64,000 bases of DNA, taken from Tubiluchus corallicola. Lineage: Eukaryota > Animalia > Priapulida. The notes beneath the pieces are model-generated. The model was not told the DNA's origin, made no database searches, and was given only the letters and a program-made list of their open reading frames with translations. Location: contig JAQGDQ010000031.1 of assembly GCA_030141605.1 (NCBI GenBank), positions 124,001 through 188,000 on the forward strand, written 5' to 3'. A program made the translations under genes and the position numbers. Positions 23,788 to 38,600 of the stretch are shown piece after piece (the stretch's first letter is position 1; the number at the start of each line of letters is the position of its first letter).

Positions 23788-26700
23788 AGCATATCACAAC
23801 AAGGCCTGTCACGTCGGTGCGTGAGCATAGTAGTTTATTCACATCTGCTGTGTGTTTGTCCTTACAATAGAATCTAAACGGAAGAAATTAAGATCACCGA
23901 ACTTGCCGTTATAGGCGTTTATTTAGTTCAAAGGCAAATCTAAACTGACGAAGTTATAATCACGAACGTTGGCACAGGGATACTCTAGGTCTAGGCAAGA
24001 CGTAATTATGCTTTGATTATTATATACACGATTAATACACGATTTAAAACAAGATTGATCAACTAACTCTAAATACACTTGATATACAGTATCTAAAATT
24101 GATAAAATACACATTTAAAATGTTAAACATGCAACTTAAAGATTACAAAACAAAATCTGAACAAAATTTGCACAAATATGCAGTGATTGTCAACCTTTCA
24201 GAAAAAAAACAAGATACAAAAACGAAAGTATGGTTCCTAAATAAACCCATTCAGATAATCATTATCTTCTCTAGGCCAAAGTGCAATGGTGAAACCATTA
24301 TCTGTTCCCATTCCCAATGGGTGGTAAGATTTGAGCAAAATTAATGATGATGATAAATGTTTACTAGGTATAATACAAATGTAGGCGAGTTTGAGCATTT
24401 TACATTTAATTTTATATGATGTAAAACAATATTGAGGCTAACTGTTGATTATCTTATAACATCGCAATTATTGTATCTTTATGATAGAGTAGAATAGAAT
24501 AAAAATTTGTTTTTGCCTTGGATACATAAAAAACATGATACATACATATTATTTCCATTACGGGCCCAGTGTAAGTATAAAAGTGAAATAACAAAAAAAT
24601 AACAGAGGCTATTAAAAATGCTGGAGATTCCTATACGCTTTGTCATACGCAGATGTACAATAACATTGTCGACAATATATAACCAGTACCAAATATATAG
24701 CCAATATAGCCCAGTATATAGCCAATAGATTGGCTATAGAACATGCTGTAATATTATCTACAAGCATAAGTGCTTTTAGCCTGCTGATTTTAATCTTAGC
24801 ATTTTGTAATTTCATCGTCAATTCCTGAGAATATAAATCAGTGACATTAAACTCAATGGCAGGTTTCTATTAGTGCTTCTACTGACTTGGTCAGTTACAT
24901 TCCATTCAAATTAAAAAGGGGTAACTATATAATAAGTGATCTGGTCTTTGTACCTCCTGTAAGAATGAGCACACTTGCACAGATCATTATCAGCTCGGCT
25001 AGTTCTGCATGGTCATTGGTCAATTAGGAAGCCACTCTAGTACAATAATGAAACCTACTTGGGCGTCCAGTAAACCTTTTGTACCTACACGTCTGTGTAT
25101 CATGCAGTAGTCTATTTATAAGGTACCTTACTTTTTGCTGACATTATAGACACTGAGTAATCCCCTTCTTAATAGGTTCACCTGCAATTGAAAATGCAAG
25201 CTTTTCTTATAATGGCGTATCAACCTCACTGTAAATATTGATTTGTTATGCTTAAGCGACACTTCAAACAGATCTGAAATAACTTGAGTTAAACTCTGTT
25301 AGGAAAGTATTGTGTAACAGCAGCAAACCGATTGTAAATTAGCTAAGATGGAAAACATGTGGATGAAAGAAACCAGTAATCTCTGCGATTCGTTTGATTG
25401 GCTTCGCGAACATTATGCGAACTGCTGAGCCGCCAATTCTTTGGTTACATATGAAAAAGGTCCACGTTACAGCCACTTAATACATAACTTAGGCTTGGTA
25501 AGCTGATACGTACCGCTCACTGCCAAGACACGTTAGAAAGCTGCAAAAACTTTTTTTGATGTACAAAAAGATTTTCATAACCTAAATTATTTGCTCCGCC
25601 TTCCTCCACAGTCTAAACGTTACAGCATTTTTATCATTTGCGAGTATCATCATTGTTGTTTACCGTATCTGGTTTATCATTGTGAGTATCATCATTGTTG
25701 TTTAGCGTATCTGGTTTATCTGGTCTCATGAAAGCCACTGTGATCTATATGAAATTTTTCATGCTTTCCTTCCTTCCTTCCTTGTCTGTGTTTATAATCT
25801 CATTGTACCTGGTGTTACTGCTTGGATAACTTGGCTTCCCATATAGCTATTAATTGGTTTATGACCTCCGTTCAACTGATATTGCCAAAATTGTAAATGG
25901 CTTTTCCACAATCATGTGCTTCTTTCGTTATGATAGCCTGAGTTGTTATTGATGTTTCGTCTCCAGATGCTACTAAAGAAATTGAATCTCTGTCACAGAC
26001 GTATCAAGATCTAATTTTCAAAATTTGAAATTTTGTCATTAAATTGAATAACGTAATAGCATCTGTCGGCACGCGGCAATGAAAATGAAATGTGATAGAG
26101 AAAAGATTGCCATATGTGCATCAAAACCAACAGAGCTACCAGACCTCTCTCGGCTCCAGTCAAATATGAAACTAGGCTCGTCGGGTGTGTACTTGGTTCG
26201 TTTGGGCTTTGGTTAAAGGTGAGCATCACGTTCGAACGTTGGAATTCCATTGAAGTGATTAATTCGAATTCGGTTCGAACCTAAAATTACGGATTACGGA
26301 TTCATATGATTCAACATGCTAATTTCATTCTTCTTTTCATTACCAAGCATTATTTCATTTGGTTCGAACCTAAAATTATGGATTCAAGTTATTCAACATA
26401 CTAATTGTATTCTTTCTTTGACATTAAAACATATGAAAGTATCCTTCAAACATTTGCTTTCATTAGTAAGCATTATTTCATTTTACATGTACAAAAGATG
26501 GTAGTGAAGCACTCTTACTACATAAAATGCGACACAAACTATGACTATACCGGCTTCAGTTGACAGTCTGAGCTGGAGCGTTCACCTTCATATAAATAAA
26601 ACATCGCATTCCATGTTCTTTGTTTGTCAGTATACCGCTGAGTGTTTCAAAGTACTATAACCGTCACTTGCGACACATGGGTGAAATCAGCATCTGACTT

Positions 26701-29639
26701 ATAATGTCAAGCAGATGTAGCGTGTTTTTCTACAGTCTACGAGTTGCCTGACCTCTGTTGGTCGTGTTTTCGTATCTAAAGGAGTCAAAAAAACTGCAGA
26801 AAGGAAGTTTTAGTAAATAACGTCTCTACAGGAACGGCTAATAAAGCTATGTCTGTGTGACAATGGTATGTCATGATGTGGCTTTCTAACTAATATGAAT
26901 AATTTCGTATACATAATCATCAATTTAAAGATTACTGAAACAGAATATGAGTAGGTCATAAGATTGATCCTTGTAGCAAACTGCAAGTGGCAAAACTCCT
27001 TTTGAAAGCATTGTTTTAGATCAGGAGTCAGTTGATATTTGACTGCGCATTGATCATACTTGCATTGCACGTAGTTCAAATGGCGGCTTTTTCGCTTAAA
27101 ACACTTATTTTCTGCTGAAGGCGTTTTGGCTTCGTCATGATGGTTTTTAGAATTCCGTTGCCGACGTCGTGGTCAAAAATGTCTTTTCTCAAGACCTTCC
27201 CGAGGCGGGTATAGTTACTTTTAAATGTCACCTGGTATTGCTTAATGCTTAAGTTGACTTACTTGTAGAACTTTCCAGGCTCGCATTGCTTTAAAGAAAT
27301 AGCTGGCAAATTTAAAAGTCGGCCTGCACTTTAGGAACTGCTTAATTCTGCAAACTAAGTTAGTTTTTAACGTTTCCCTAGGGACAGTAAGTTTTGCAAA
27401 TGTTGTACATTATCTTTCCACCTAACAATAACGAACTGCGATGCGTGACGCAATCTGCATTGCCTCTTTACTAAAATTTGCCTAATTCAGTTTTTAATTA
27501 CAGGACTACAGTAATTTAAAAATGAATACCGCGCAAATATATCATTCCATAATATGGGCAGGTTCACTTTTATTCGCATCTCGGTAAGTTATAATTATAC
27601 CGCAACCAGATTAGTCTACTGAATTAATTAAACATACAGCATGGAGTTAATTATTATTGATAATTTAGCGCAGGTCCAAGTCAATAATCAGCAGGCTCCC
27701 GGTAGCACATTAAAAGATCACTGCGTCTCTGTTAATTACGCTGGCAAGTTCATCACTGCGCACTTTCAGGGTTGCTGTTCTTTTAATAGCAGCTTTAATA
27801 AAACTATAACGGCTTATATAAAATGGGGCGAGGGCCTAATAAAATTCAAGATAATTGTGTTGCCTCCTTGTTTATAAATTTTACGGTGAAACTGTTTGCA
27901 ACGAGGTCACAATTTTTCCGCAGATGCAATAACGCAGACATGGTTATGACTGCTGCACTTAGCATGTTGAAATTTTCATAACTAGGGTCCCATAACGGTT
28001 TAAGGGCTAAAATGTGCATAAGGAAATATAGGTGAAGAATGTAGGAAAAGAGAAAAAGGATGAACAGAGACAGAAGAATAATATGAATTTGAACTTGAGT
28101 TAAGAAATATCGTACTGTTTCGCAAGTTTGCAATCTCATTAAACAAATAAATTTGTGAAAAACATGAACTAATGCAGTAAAGCTGACTAATAGTAACGCA
28201 AAATCACAAAAATTATTTGTTATGTTCTTTGTGATAAGTTTAATTTTTCATGACTATTATGGACTTTTTAAATCAGGCACATTCATGTTAACCTAAATTG
28301 GTTAATAAATTTACTTTAACTAAAATTAAAGAAGTTCACTAGTTTTTTATTAATTGTGTCTATGCTTGTCATTAAGAATGATCTTGTTACTATAACTAAA
28401 AACTGTATCTGCACCCTCCCCTTGATGAAAGCGGCGAAATGATCTTCTATAATTTATAAAGTAACAACCAAGATCACTTGAATAAGTGCTAAAAGTTCAA
28501 TTGTAAATCTGCCCAGGGTTTCTTGCAAACTGAACCTTAGTTACATGTCTGTATTATGTAATACGATCATTTCACACTCGTCCCAGCAGTAATGCTTGAT
28601 TAGCTAGCTAAGTCACGTGATGTCATTCGCGTTATAATTTATTTCCATGAGGACTCTCAGCTGAATCTGTTCGCATTAGCGCTTGTAATTCCATTTCCAG
28701 CTCTGTGGTTCGAAGGCGGCAGCAATCAGTGAACTTTGAAACTGGGAACGAGGACAACAATCACTGAACTTTGAAACTGGGAACAAGGACTGTAATTGCA
28801 TAGGGCTGATCTGAGTCATACATCCATTAGAGTATTTTAACGGCACAAGAAAGCTGACTTTGACAAACCAGAGCAAATGCATCAAAAATTAATAGTCCTC
28901 TTGCAGAATGACGTGTGGCGAAGAAAGTAAAAAAGCGCCCTCTATACTTGGAGAATTCTTATTCTTAACACTGACGCTTAACCTGGCTACGTTTTAAGAG
29001 GTTTTTATGTTACGTATTTCCCGGAGGCATTGCTTAGGAAGCCGCTACACATAAGGCGGTGGCTAGTCTATCACTTGTCCCTTATAAGTTCCGAATGGAT
29101 TAAAGACGGGGTCGCAAAATACTATATTGGCAGGCTTTGAGTAAAGAAAATCTCTGGTTCTATGCGCCGCAAAAAACCTGTGTATAACTTTAGAGGAAGT
29201 CATGTTTGCAACTCCACATCGAATGCATCATAGTTAGCAAGGGGTTAGATCTCCTGCGAATCTGAGGTGACTTAACTCTCACTCCTCTCTCACTTCTAGG
29301 CTTGCCTTCTTGGTTAAGTCGAAACCTCGCTTGGCCGAGGCAAATTGGAGTGTCGGATTTCCAAGCTTTTTAATTTATAAGAACCTTAAGCGCTTACTAT
29401 ATCTTGTGATCCTCTAGCAATCTCATTCTTTTAAAGTACAAGTTGGGCTTGACATTTATATAATATAGATATATAACCTCAATAATGGAATTTATGATTA
29501 CCATGGCTTTCTGTCTGCGCATTATTTGACAGCTAGGTGCATAAATCAGTTATAAATACTGATCCAAAGCCAAATCTTTCTCCACATTTACCACCAAAGG
29601 ACAAGTTTCTATCATGATAATTCAAGCAACTAATGATTA

Positions 29640-29812
29640 AACATCATCATCATTGTCGTCGTCGTAATCATCATCGTCATCATCGTCGTCGTTGTTATCT
29701 TTATCATTATGTCCAATTGCTGCTCAAATTCTATTCGAGAAAGTGTCGTTTAACAAAGCTATTAGTACCACTGGAAAAGTACTGTCGTAGTCATGATCAT
29801 CATCATCATAAT
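29640..29812. repeat. (CAT/CGT)n-flanked dispersed repeat (second copy at 49395-49572)
   Basis: ccaattgctgctcaRattctat...aaagtgKcgtttaacRaag core in both copies. Confidence 0.75.
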
Positions 29813-29837
29813 CAGGTTTTACATGCATTTCGCTATT

Positions 29838-30275
29838 CGCTAGTTAGACGGGCACTAAATCCTGCATTTCGGAAACGCTTTACACAAAAACAGGTGCTAT
29901 ACCTCTCAGTTCAGATGTGTTAGTTTCTGACGAGCTACACACGTTCGGCAGCTTATGCGTTAGCACAGCGGTAAATTTGAAATTTGAATTTTTGTCTTAA
30001 AACATGCATAGCTTTAATACAACACACTGAAACTCGTATAGTAGCACTGTACTTAAATTTTCACATTCATGAAACACGCTCGTGAAATATTTTTGCTGTT
30101 GAAAATTATGTTAGTTTGTGATGTCACCAATAGTTGGGCTCGCCCGTCGTTAATTAAGATTTTAATCTATTATTTAATTATCAGAAACGTTTTTGCAGTA
30201 TTGATCGTGCTAAAATGTATACTTTTTATCGAACTTGAAAGTGGGTTAGTTTATGAAAAATCATTGTCTTCCTTT
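29838..30275. repeat. Dispersed repeat B, copy 2 (with insertions)
   Basis: Colinear with 20905-21235. Confidence 0.9.
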
Positions 30276-30649
30276 AACATTTCCCAGTTTTAGCACTCTC
30301 ATGTTAGAATAATTACTAATTAGCTTATTTTTTTATAATTACATGTAATTTACAACCTGGAATAAATCGTGGTTAATTGATTAATTTGCTACTGCTTTTT
30401 TCTTAATTATTTATGAATATATCAGAAGTTCGCCTCACAGCGTGGAGCCACCTCTCCCGCGAAGCCAGACTTGTGTAGGCTCGTGTTCCTTGCTGATTTG
30501 ATTGCGAGTTTAATTTCGCTGCTTAATGAGCAATGGTGCAGAGAGTGCTCTGGTTACATTACCTAGAAAGGGGAAACCAGAGCAAACTCTTTCTCGCCTT
30601 CCTCCTGTCTTTGGACGGTCACTCACGTAGTAATCTTTCATTTTATATC

Positions 30650-30775
30650 TGTTTCTTCACTTCTCTTTCCTTCCCCTTTCTCCTTCTCTCTCTCTCTCTC
30701 TTTCTTCCTCCCTCTCTCTTTTTTCTCCTGTTCTGTCTCTATCTCTTTCTCTTTGTTTCTCTTTCGCTACCTGAT

Positions 30776-30846
<71 letters not shown>

Positions 30847-30925
30847 TCCGTCTCCATTTCTTTCTCTTTCTTCTGCCTCTTTTTCTCCCCGTCTCTTTCT
30901 CTCTTTCTCTTTTTCCTCTGTCTTG
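30650..30925. repeat. (CT)n microsatellite / polypyrimidine tract
   Basis: Read directly. Confidence 0.95.
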
Positions 30926-31322
30926 CTCAGACTCTTTTATGATTAAGTTATTTATTTTCAACGTTAACGTAATGTTAATAATATTTATTAAGAAATTAAA
31001 CTATTATTAAAACTACATAATAAAGCCAAAGCCTACTTCCTACTTGTAAGCAGTATGGTCACTGTGTATCTGAATCACACATCTAGGTGTTAGCTTGATT
31101 TCTTACTGACTCCTAAAAATGTCGCGGTTCAGGTATGTTAAACAAGCAGTTCCCTCTATTTAGTTCTTTGCATTTCGTATTTGCCCTGTTAGAAGCCGCC
31201 CCAATACCGATCTCCAGCGCGCTAGTGAAACAGGTCGGTTAAGAAGCTAGTTGTTACTCGAAAGTTGAAGGGTTAATAAAGCAGAATGAACAGAACACGA
31301 TTAAAACCCGTAGATTTTATTT

Positions 31323-32368
31323 GCTTCACGCCAGGAGGCTCTGTGGTAACAAATTACTTTTCTCTGAATAGACAGAGAAAAATAGACGAGAAATTGATTA
31401 GAAATTAAGCCAAACGCGCCATGAATTTCAGTATCACTTTTCCCGCTTTTAAAGTATAAGTCCACTAAATGAGAAAACGAAACGTCGACTTTCTTCCTAA
31501 TATCCATTCTGACCGGCGCAGAGTGAAATACTTCAACTGATGGCCTTTTTCAAATTCTGATCGTTTTATTAAGCAAGTTTTTAGTTCAGTGTCTATTTAT
31601 TTATGCGCTGAAGTATTATCGAGGAAAAGGGTACCTCTGGGGTAAGGTGTTGTTACTAGTAACTATTAGTCACTCATGACTGCACAGTGATGAAATCGAA
31701 AAATGTTTATTAATTTTTGACATCGGCGACAAGGAGGGAAATGGTTGCGCAAGTAGAAATGATTTAAACGCAAAAATCTTGAGTTGCTATTGCTTTTTTC
31801 TTTTTTTAAATAAATATGAAAATATCTGCAATAGTGAAGGCAATAAGAGTCTACTGTTAAGGTCAGAGAGAAGTTTCTGCGGAATCTGTAGAAACACTGT
31901 TTTTTTTTTAGGAAAAGAAAGTTTTTTTGTTTACAGACACAATTTTAGTGAGCAGACTAGTTGTGTTTTTATAAACCTTATTTGGCAACTTTGTCAAATC
32001 ACGTGTGTGGCGCGGTTTATGATTTTACTACCTGTGCTGCTGTATCAATGACTTCTTAACGTGAAGCCAAACAGTCTGTCAGAACAGCAGGTGTAGCAGG
32101 AATGCGTGAACTGTTTCAAGTGTTTTTATGAGATCAATCCTCCATAGGCTTCACCTTTCCGACTACCATTAATTTCAGCCAATAGTGCTAACAATAACTT
32201 ACATATAAATAATAATACTGCAACAAGGGTGCATTTTGACTGCACTGCTCAAAGTGTGTTGATTTCTGCTGCTGGAACATTATCAGATGAGAACAGAACA
32301 TAAATTTAGTGTAGAAAAACTTATCAGACATCTTCTTTTTGCTGCCTCAGAGCCTTCTGGCGTGAAGC
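31323..32368. mobile_element. About 1.05-kb segment bounded by a 31-bp inverted repeat (possible non-autonomous DNA transposon)
   Basis: gcttcacgccaggaggctctgtggtaacaaa versus reverse complement gcttcacgccagaaggctctgaggcagcaaa, 27/31 identical; no TSD seen. Confidence 0.5.
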
Positions 32369-32769
32369 CGTGCTATAGGAAAATAAAGTACTGCACATTA
32401 GGTTAAACAGGTCTCTTCATCGAGAACCGAATTGAGTTTAATTGAACTGAATATATTTTCAGTGTGTAAGATACACATGTACATATACATTTTATAAATT
32501 AATGTTTGGAGAAGGAGGATGTTTACTATGGAGCATTCACTTAAAAGACGTATTTCTCATTTATTTAAACAAAATTAGCTTTGTAAACGAGTTCTGATTA
32601 TTGTGATTAGGTGAAGTAAATATATCACTTCACCAATATAAATATCGTTTTGATGGGATTTTAAATTAGTAAGGATTGTAACTTCCTATGGAATTGATTA
32701 CCATATTTTAATCCATTTTTAGAGGAGTGAAGCACTATCCTGTTATTGACACTGCAGAATGGATGTTAA

Positions 32770-32862
32770 GTTTTGACATGAGCTTTTTACGTGCTCTGTA
32801 TAGATTTTTTTATTGAGATTTTATTAAAAACTTTTCAAATCTTTTCTAAATTTTTTTGTACT
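32770..32862. repeat. About 90-bp repeat, second copy at 34810-34903
   Basis: tttttacgtgcWctgtatagat...agattttatt...tcaaat shared. Confidence 0.7.
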
Positions 32863-33706
32863 GAAAGATTCAACACATTACAGTCAAATAAACTAGCTTA
32901 AGTGATCTTGCTCTATGTTAGCCATTATAATGTGGTACAAAATCTTATCGACATTATAAACTTGTCAGTAATAATTTGCAAACGGTTTAACTAGGCCCCT
33001 TTTCTCGCGGCAAAGTATAATAATTATTTTCATGTTACTGATGGTGTTACTGCGTCAACCTAGCGGATTAATCAATCAACTGCTGTAGCTATGCAAATGA
33101 ACGTTCGTGTCGTCCATGTTTAATAATCCAATAATTATTGAACACCGAGCATTGATGAAGAACTCACTCTTCTCGTATTCACGTCATTATTTCCGTGTGG
33201 AGATGGACATTGTGCTGATGACGTCAGAGAGTCTTGTGGAGGACTGCCATTAAAATTGTGACTTTCTAAAGTTCTAGTAGGCGTTTAAAAATTTAAAATT
33301 ACCAGTAACTATCATGGTAGCAGCACAATCGTCGGCTCGTTTGGCTAATATTGTCATATTTATTGATTGATTTTAGATTTGTTAAGCTATAAGTCATATG
33401 ATCATTACGCAGCCATCATTTTCAATCACATTCCCTACAATCTTTTTAAGTTCTAGACCCAGGATAATCTAGGATTAACGAGAGATATAGTATTTAGGTA
33501 CTGATTAGTTAATGCCGTACTCATAGATCTATCTGAACTACGCACGGCAGATTTCCCGTGACGCCATTGTCTTCGAGCCACACATTGTTCTTTGGACATA
33601 ATCATAAATATGAAATTAGCATATTTTTGGAAATGAGTTTGGTATTCCAAACTATGCATTACATACCCAGTCTCCATGCTGCTAACTCTTAGACAACTCG
33701 TGTATT

Positions 33707-33748
33707 CAGGGCTGGATTATCATATATATATATATATATATATATATC

Positions 33749-33829
<81 letters not shown>

Positions 33830-34182
33830 ATATAGGCTACAGCCTAGGGCACCTCAAGTTTGGGTACCCTCAGGCCTCAACCCTCAAGATATGGTAACAT
33901 TTGGTTTAAATTTTTTTTTCACTACGGTTGAATACGTGTTCATTTTTTTGCAATAAATAGTAAAATTAACAAACGTTTATTAACAAACGAAAGATAGCTA
34001 TTCTAGTTTATTTAAAGAATTTGCAATGAGTTTACTTGAAGCCATGTAAATGTTCCTAAAATATAAAATAATTAGCACGAGTAAAAGATATTGAAGAGCG
34101 CGAGCGAATTAGAGGGTGGCTCAGTCTCAGGGTGACAATAATTCCGTTACTCTAGGGGCCCCAAAATCATAATCTGGCCCTG
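33707..34182. mobile_element. hAT-like MITE (CAGGGC TIR) with an internal (TA)n(GT)n expansion
   Basis: TIR cagggctggattat / ataatctggccctg (12/14); body matches 42918-43216. Confidence 0.8.
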
Positions 34183-35512
34183 CGATGTAACTTTTCTAAA
34201 GGATGGTAAACGTGGACAGATGATCGTTCATGAATACGCCGCTTAGTGATGTTAGAATAGCTAGAACCTGAAAGAGAACCTCAACGTGTGCTTTCCTCTT
34301 CAAGTATCGTCTGTTGTCACTTCCTTCCCTAAATTGATTTCGCTTTAGCGTCATCGAAGAAAACGGCTTCATCACAACTTGATCTCTGCTCAAAGGTTGC
34401 GTTAGCTTTCAATTAAACTTGAAAATTTGTCCTGCTGGATTAATTCGAGACGAGAATTAGATGCCAGTTGCCATGACAACAGCCTTCCTGGAAGGAAAAA
34501 CACGTAAAAATTATTCGCTTGATTGACCAATCGTACGATAATGATGGGTTCACTCTTACCTTTGCACAAAGCAATCGTTTAAAGTAAAAACATCGCTGAA
34601 CGATGCTATAGTTACCGCAATGGTGTATCTAGTTTGCCATTCCAATAACCTGCACAAATTCATTAATTTGTACATAGCATACTTAACTTTAATTCCCATT
34701 AGCACAATACTGTAGTCACATAAAGCTAAAATATACGCTTGTCTATTTTGCATTGTTTAGAAATATCATCCTATTATTTAACCCTGTATAACAGACATTG
34801 ACTTTTGATTTTGACATTTTTACGTGCACTGTATAGATACTTTTTATTTAGATTTTATTTATAAAAAAAACTTCTCAAATATTTTTTTTAAACTTTTTTG
34901 TTCTATAACTTGACCAGCTGCACGAAAGTTGTTGATTCCCACCTTCGTTTATAATAACACTACATTAATTTAGAGTAAGTTTATTAATCAAGCGAAAATA
35001 ACGGACAAATTAATATTATTTATTAAACAACCAAACAACGGCAAACAAAATAATAAACAAACTACTTTAAAAATAGTTGTAATTGAACCGAACGACTTTT
35101 TTAATACTATGATAGATATTGCTTCTGTGAAAACCGTGATAACTGTAACGAATTCGAGTTTTTTTTTGTTTGCCGCACCATGTACGTCTAAAATGATAGA
35201 ACGGTGCGGTGCTAATTGCGAAAAGTGACAATAAATTATAGAATGTTATAGAAAAACAAGTAAGCGCACATCTCATTCTATTACAATCTTCGGTGAGTAA
35301 AGTAAAAAGAAAAAAATTGAAATGGAATTTTTCTGATTTTAGTTTCACGCAGAAACTCAGTTTATCCAACATGCTAATGGCACGTGGTGACATGTGAATG
35401 CAAGTTTCAGATCTAAAACTCTTTCTGGTGTTATTAGTGATGTCATCATAGCCTACAGATAACATCTAGTTTACGTCATCGTGCGTGCCATCGTTCAGAA
35501 ATTAAAAAAGTT

Positions 35513-35677
<165 letters not shown>

Positions 35678-38600
35678 ACCGTCCAGTCAAATAGCATCCG
35701 CGAGATTATAATAATTGTCTGTATGTAAACTAAAGTAGATCCTGTAAACAGACATTCACGTTTGTAATACTTTAACTTTATGATAGTCTAAATAATAATG
35801 TAGTTATGTTGTTGAGACTTTTCAAATTATTGATTTTTATGCTGCACCAACAAATTATAACGCACATACATGGTATTCAGTGCTTATTTAGTTTCAATAT
35901 TTTAACAGTCTCTGTTTCTTCTCTTGAGAATTCTACCTAGGTATATTTTAAAAGAATCTGTGTTTTTACTTTATAAGTTTTTAAAATTACCTGTACCAAC
36001 TTTTGTTTTTAGTCCATCCTGTAGTTTATTTATACTTTACTTTTAGCTTCACGTTCTAAATTGCTAAATTTAGTAGACATTGCTGAATTACTAAATTTTT
36101 TTCTTAATATTGTAAATAAATAAGCGTTAAATACAACGTACGTGCTTCATAACTTGTTAGTGCAACATAAAAGTTACTAATTCTATTCGGTCACAGTAAT
36201 GAGTTTTTCAGAAATTAATGGCCTTTTCTGATTTAGATGTGACATTAAATTCTTGTCCTTTGAACCATTCCTGAAGTCGGTACAACCATGAATAGAAGCA
36301 GGGAGCGAGAGATTGCGCTTACAATGAATGTTTTAGGTGACCTTCAAAAGATGCAGAGAAGAACAATTAATGGAGGCGTACTGCCATTTAATCTTTCACT
36401 CTATTGTTTAATCTTAACAGCATTATAGTGATAACTTTGCAATGTTTAGATCTACAGACAGGTGTTTTGATAAAAATGAACAAGCGACGTACATTTGGTA
36501 TATAATGCTATGTATAGCCTATGTAATAATGTGCCTCTCAGATTTAGGCCTAATCCGGCGTGGTGTTTGCAAACTCGAACTGGAAACGTTGTCATCCATC
36601 AGTGTCTTCCATCATTGTACTTATTGAAAGGGTACTAAATTTCTGCGTTGAATAAGTCTTTTCATAGTTTTGCTGTGCGCACGTGCAGTTGCTGCAGGTC
36701 AAAGGTAAAGCGTACCACAATAACGCGTCTTAACTAGAACCGTCACCTGGCATGTGTGTAAAGCAAAGCCGTCTGTCGCATCAATTCAGTAACTTCAGTT
36801 GTTTTACATGGACTTTAGTTAATTACGCATTAGTCTGTGCTTAGAGTGGTTTACTAGCAGGATTTTGCTTGGCAACAAGAAAAAATGAACTAGGTGAGGT
36901 TCTAGCTAGTTGTGAAAACTGTTACTATTACAATAGTATGGAGTGCGAGGCATTGTCACGTGTACACAAACACGTTACCCTCAACCTTTGACCTTTTCCC
37001 GATCAGCATCAATCCCTTCAACCGTGAAAAGGCTTATTGTATTGAAATATTCTATTGAATGGCCTTTGTTTCAGTTTAATCTTGGTTTATGGATTTGAAT
37101 AATAGACGTATTTGAAGTTGATCAAAACGCTAAGGCGCAACTTCAACAACGGCACGCAGCATCAGAACCATTTCAAACATTTAGTTGAGAAAACACGACA
37201 CCCATTTTATTTCTGGGCAAATATAAATAACATATTCAGTGTAAAACATTTACACTTTTAAACCATACACAACAGTGTTGCCAGCCCGGAATCTATAGTC
37301 AATTTTTCCTCCACTAATCATCAATTGCCCCTGGCAACACGTCAGGTGCTAATGAGTAAATTGGAAACCGTGATGCGGTTTGTCACACGCTCCATTAAAT
37401 TAGAAAAACGGTTTCATTGCTGGCAATGATCTAATGTTGCGACGAAGGAAATAAAAAATCGAGAAGTTCTGACATGCCTGCTATTTACGCCAAATGTGGC
37501 ACCACATTTTAATAGGCAGTTTTTCGTGAACATATGTATACAATATTAAATGTAAGTGATCTCGGGCAATCAAATCCAGGAACAAAACGAAACATGGGCC
37601 ATTTGAACCAACGTAGGGGTGAGGACAATAGCGATAGGTGATAGCGAAACAATTCTTGTAAACTGGAGGAGCGTTATAAGCTATCAAGTGACACTCCTCC
37701 CCCCGTCACGTGAATTCATGCATTGCAGATAAGCTTTATAGGTCCTTGTCTTAGCGTACTTTTCATGAGTTCAGAATTTATTATTGGCATACACATTACA
37801 TTACAATGACATACATATAATAAAACAACAACTAAATACTCCAGTACGAAACACAGCTATTACATTATAGCTATAGAGCTATAACAAATAACGGTTTCAT
37901 GTGCGTGTGCCAATGTAAAATAATTGCGGGTAAAATTATTGTACAAATCTCTGAAATATAAAAAAATATTTGAAACAAAGGCTGATCAACACTAAAATAA
38001 TAGTAATTATTTCAATTGCCCCCTTCTTGCTCGTGCGTTACAACTGTATATTTTTAATCGCATACTGTGTTTAAAAATTTTACAATTTGAACATGCTTTG
38101 ATTTTTTCGTTTATTTTCACATGCGCACTTTCTCGGGCCATTAAAAAGGCATTCTATTTTGTTCAGCAAGTGTTTCATGAGTCTGTGACTATATTTGCAT
38201 TAAACACTTTCCTACCGTGCAGTATTATCCACCCCCCCCCCGTAGCTGTTAATCACACTTAAATGTCTAGAAACGTTCTCAATTCTATGTCCAACTCTAA
38301 ACTTACTCCATAATGGTAAGCACTTCAAACTCTCGGACGTTAATATTTTACAAGAGACACGATTTTGCACTATGCGAGTGACTAACATTAGCTTTCGTGT
38401 CCTAATTATAACACTCGAGTGTAACGAGTTGCTAAGTGTTTGCTGTTCAACCTACAATTCTCAAGTATCGAACAAGACAGAAAGAGGAAATTTGCCAGCT
38501 TCACTACGCCTGGTGTGCTTCCGGCTATAGGAAAATGTTTCATAAGAGGTTCCTATGTGGTTTTTAAAAGGAATACGGCAACAATTTTTGGGCAGTTATT

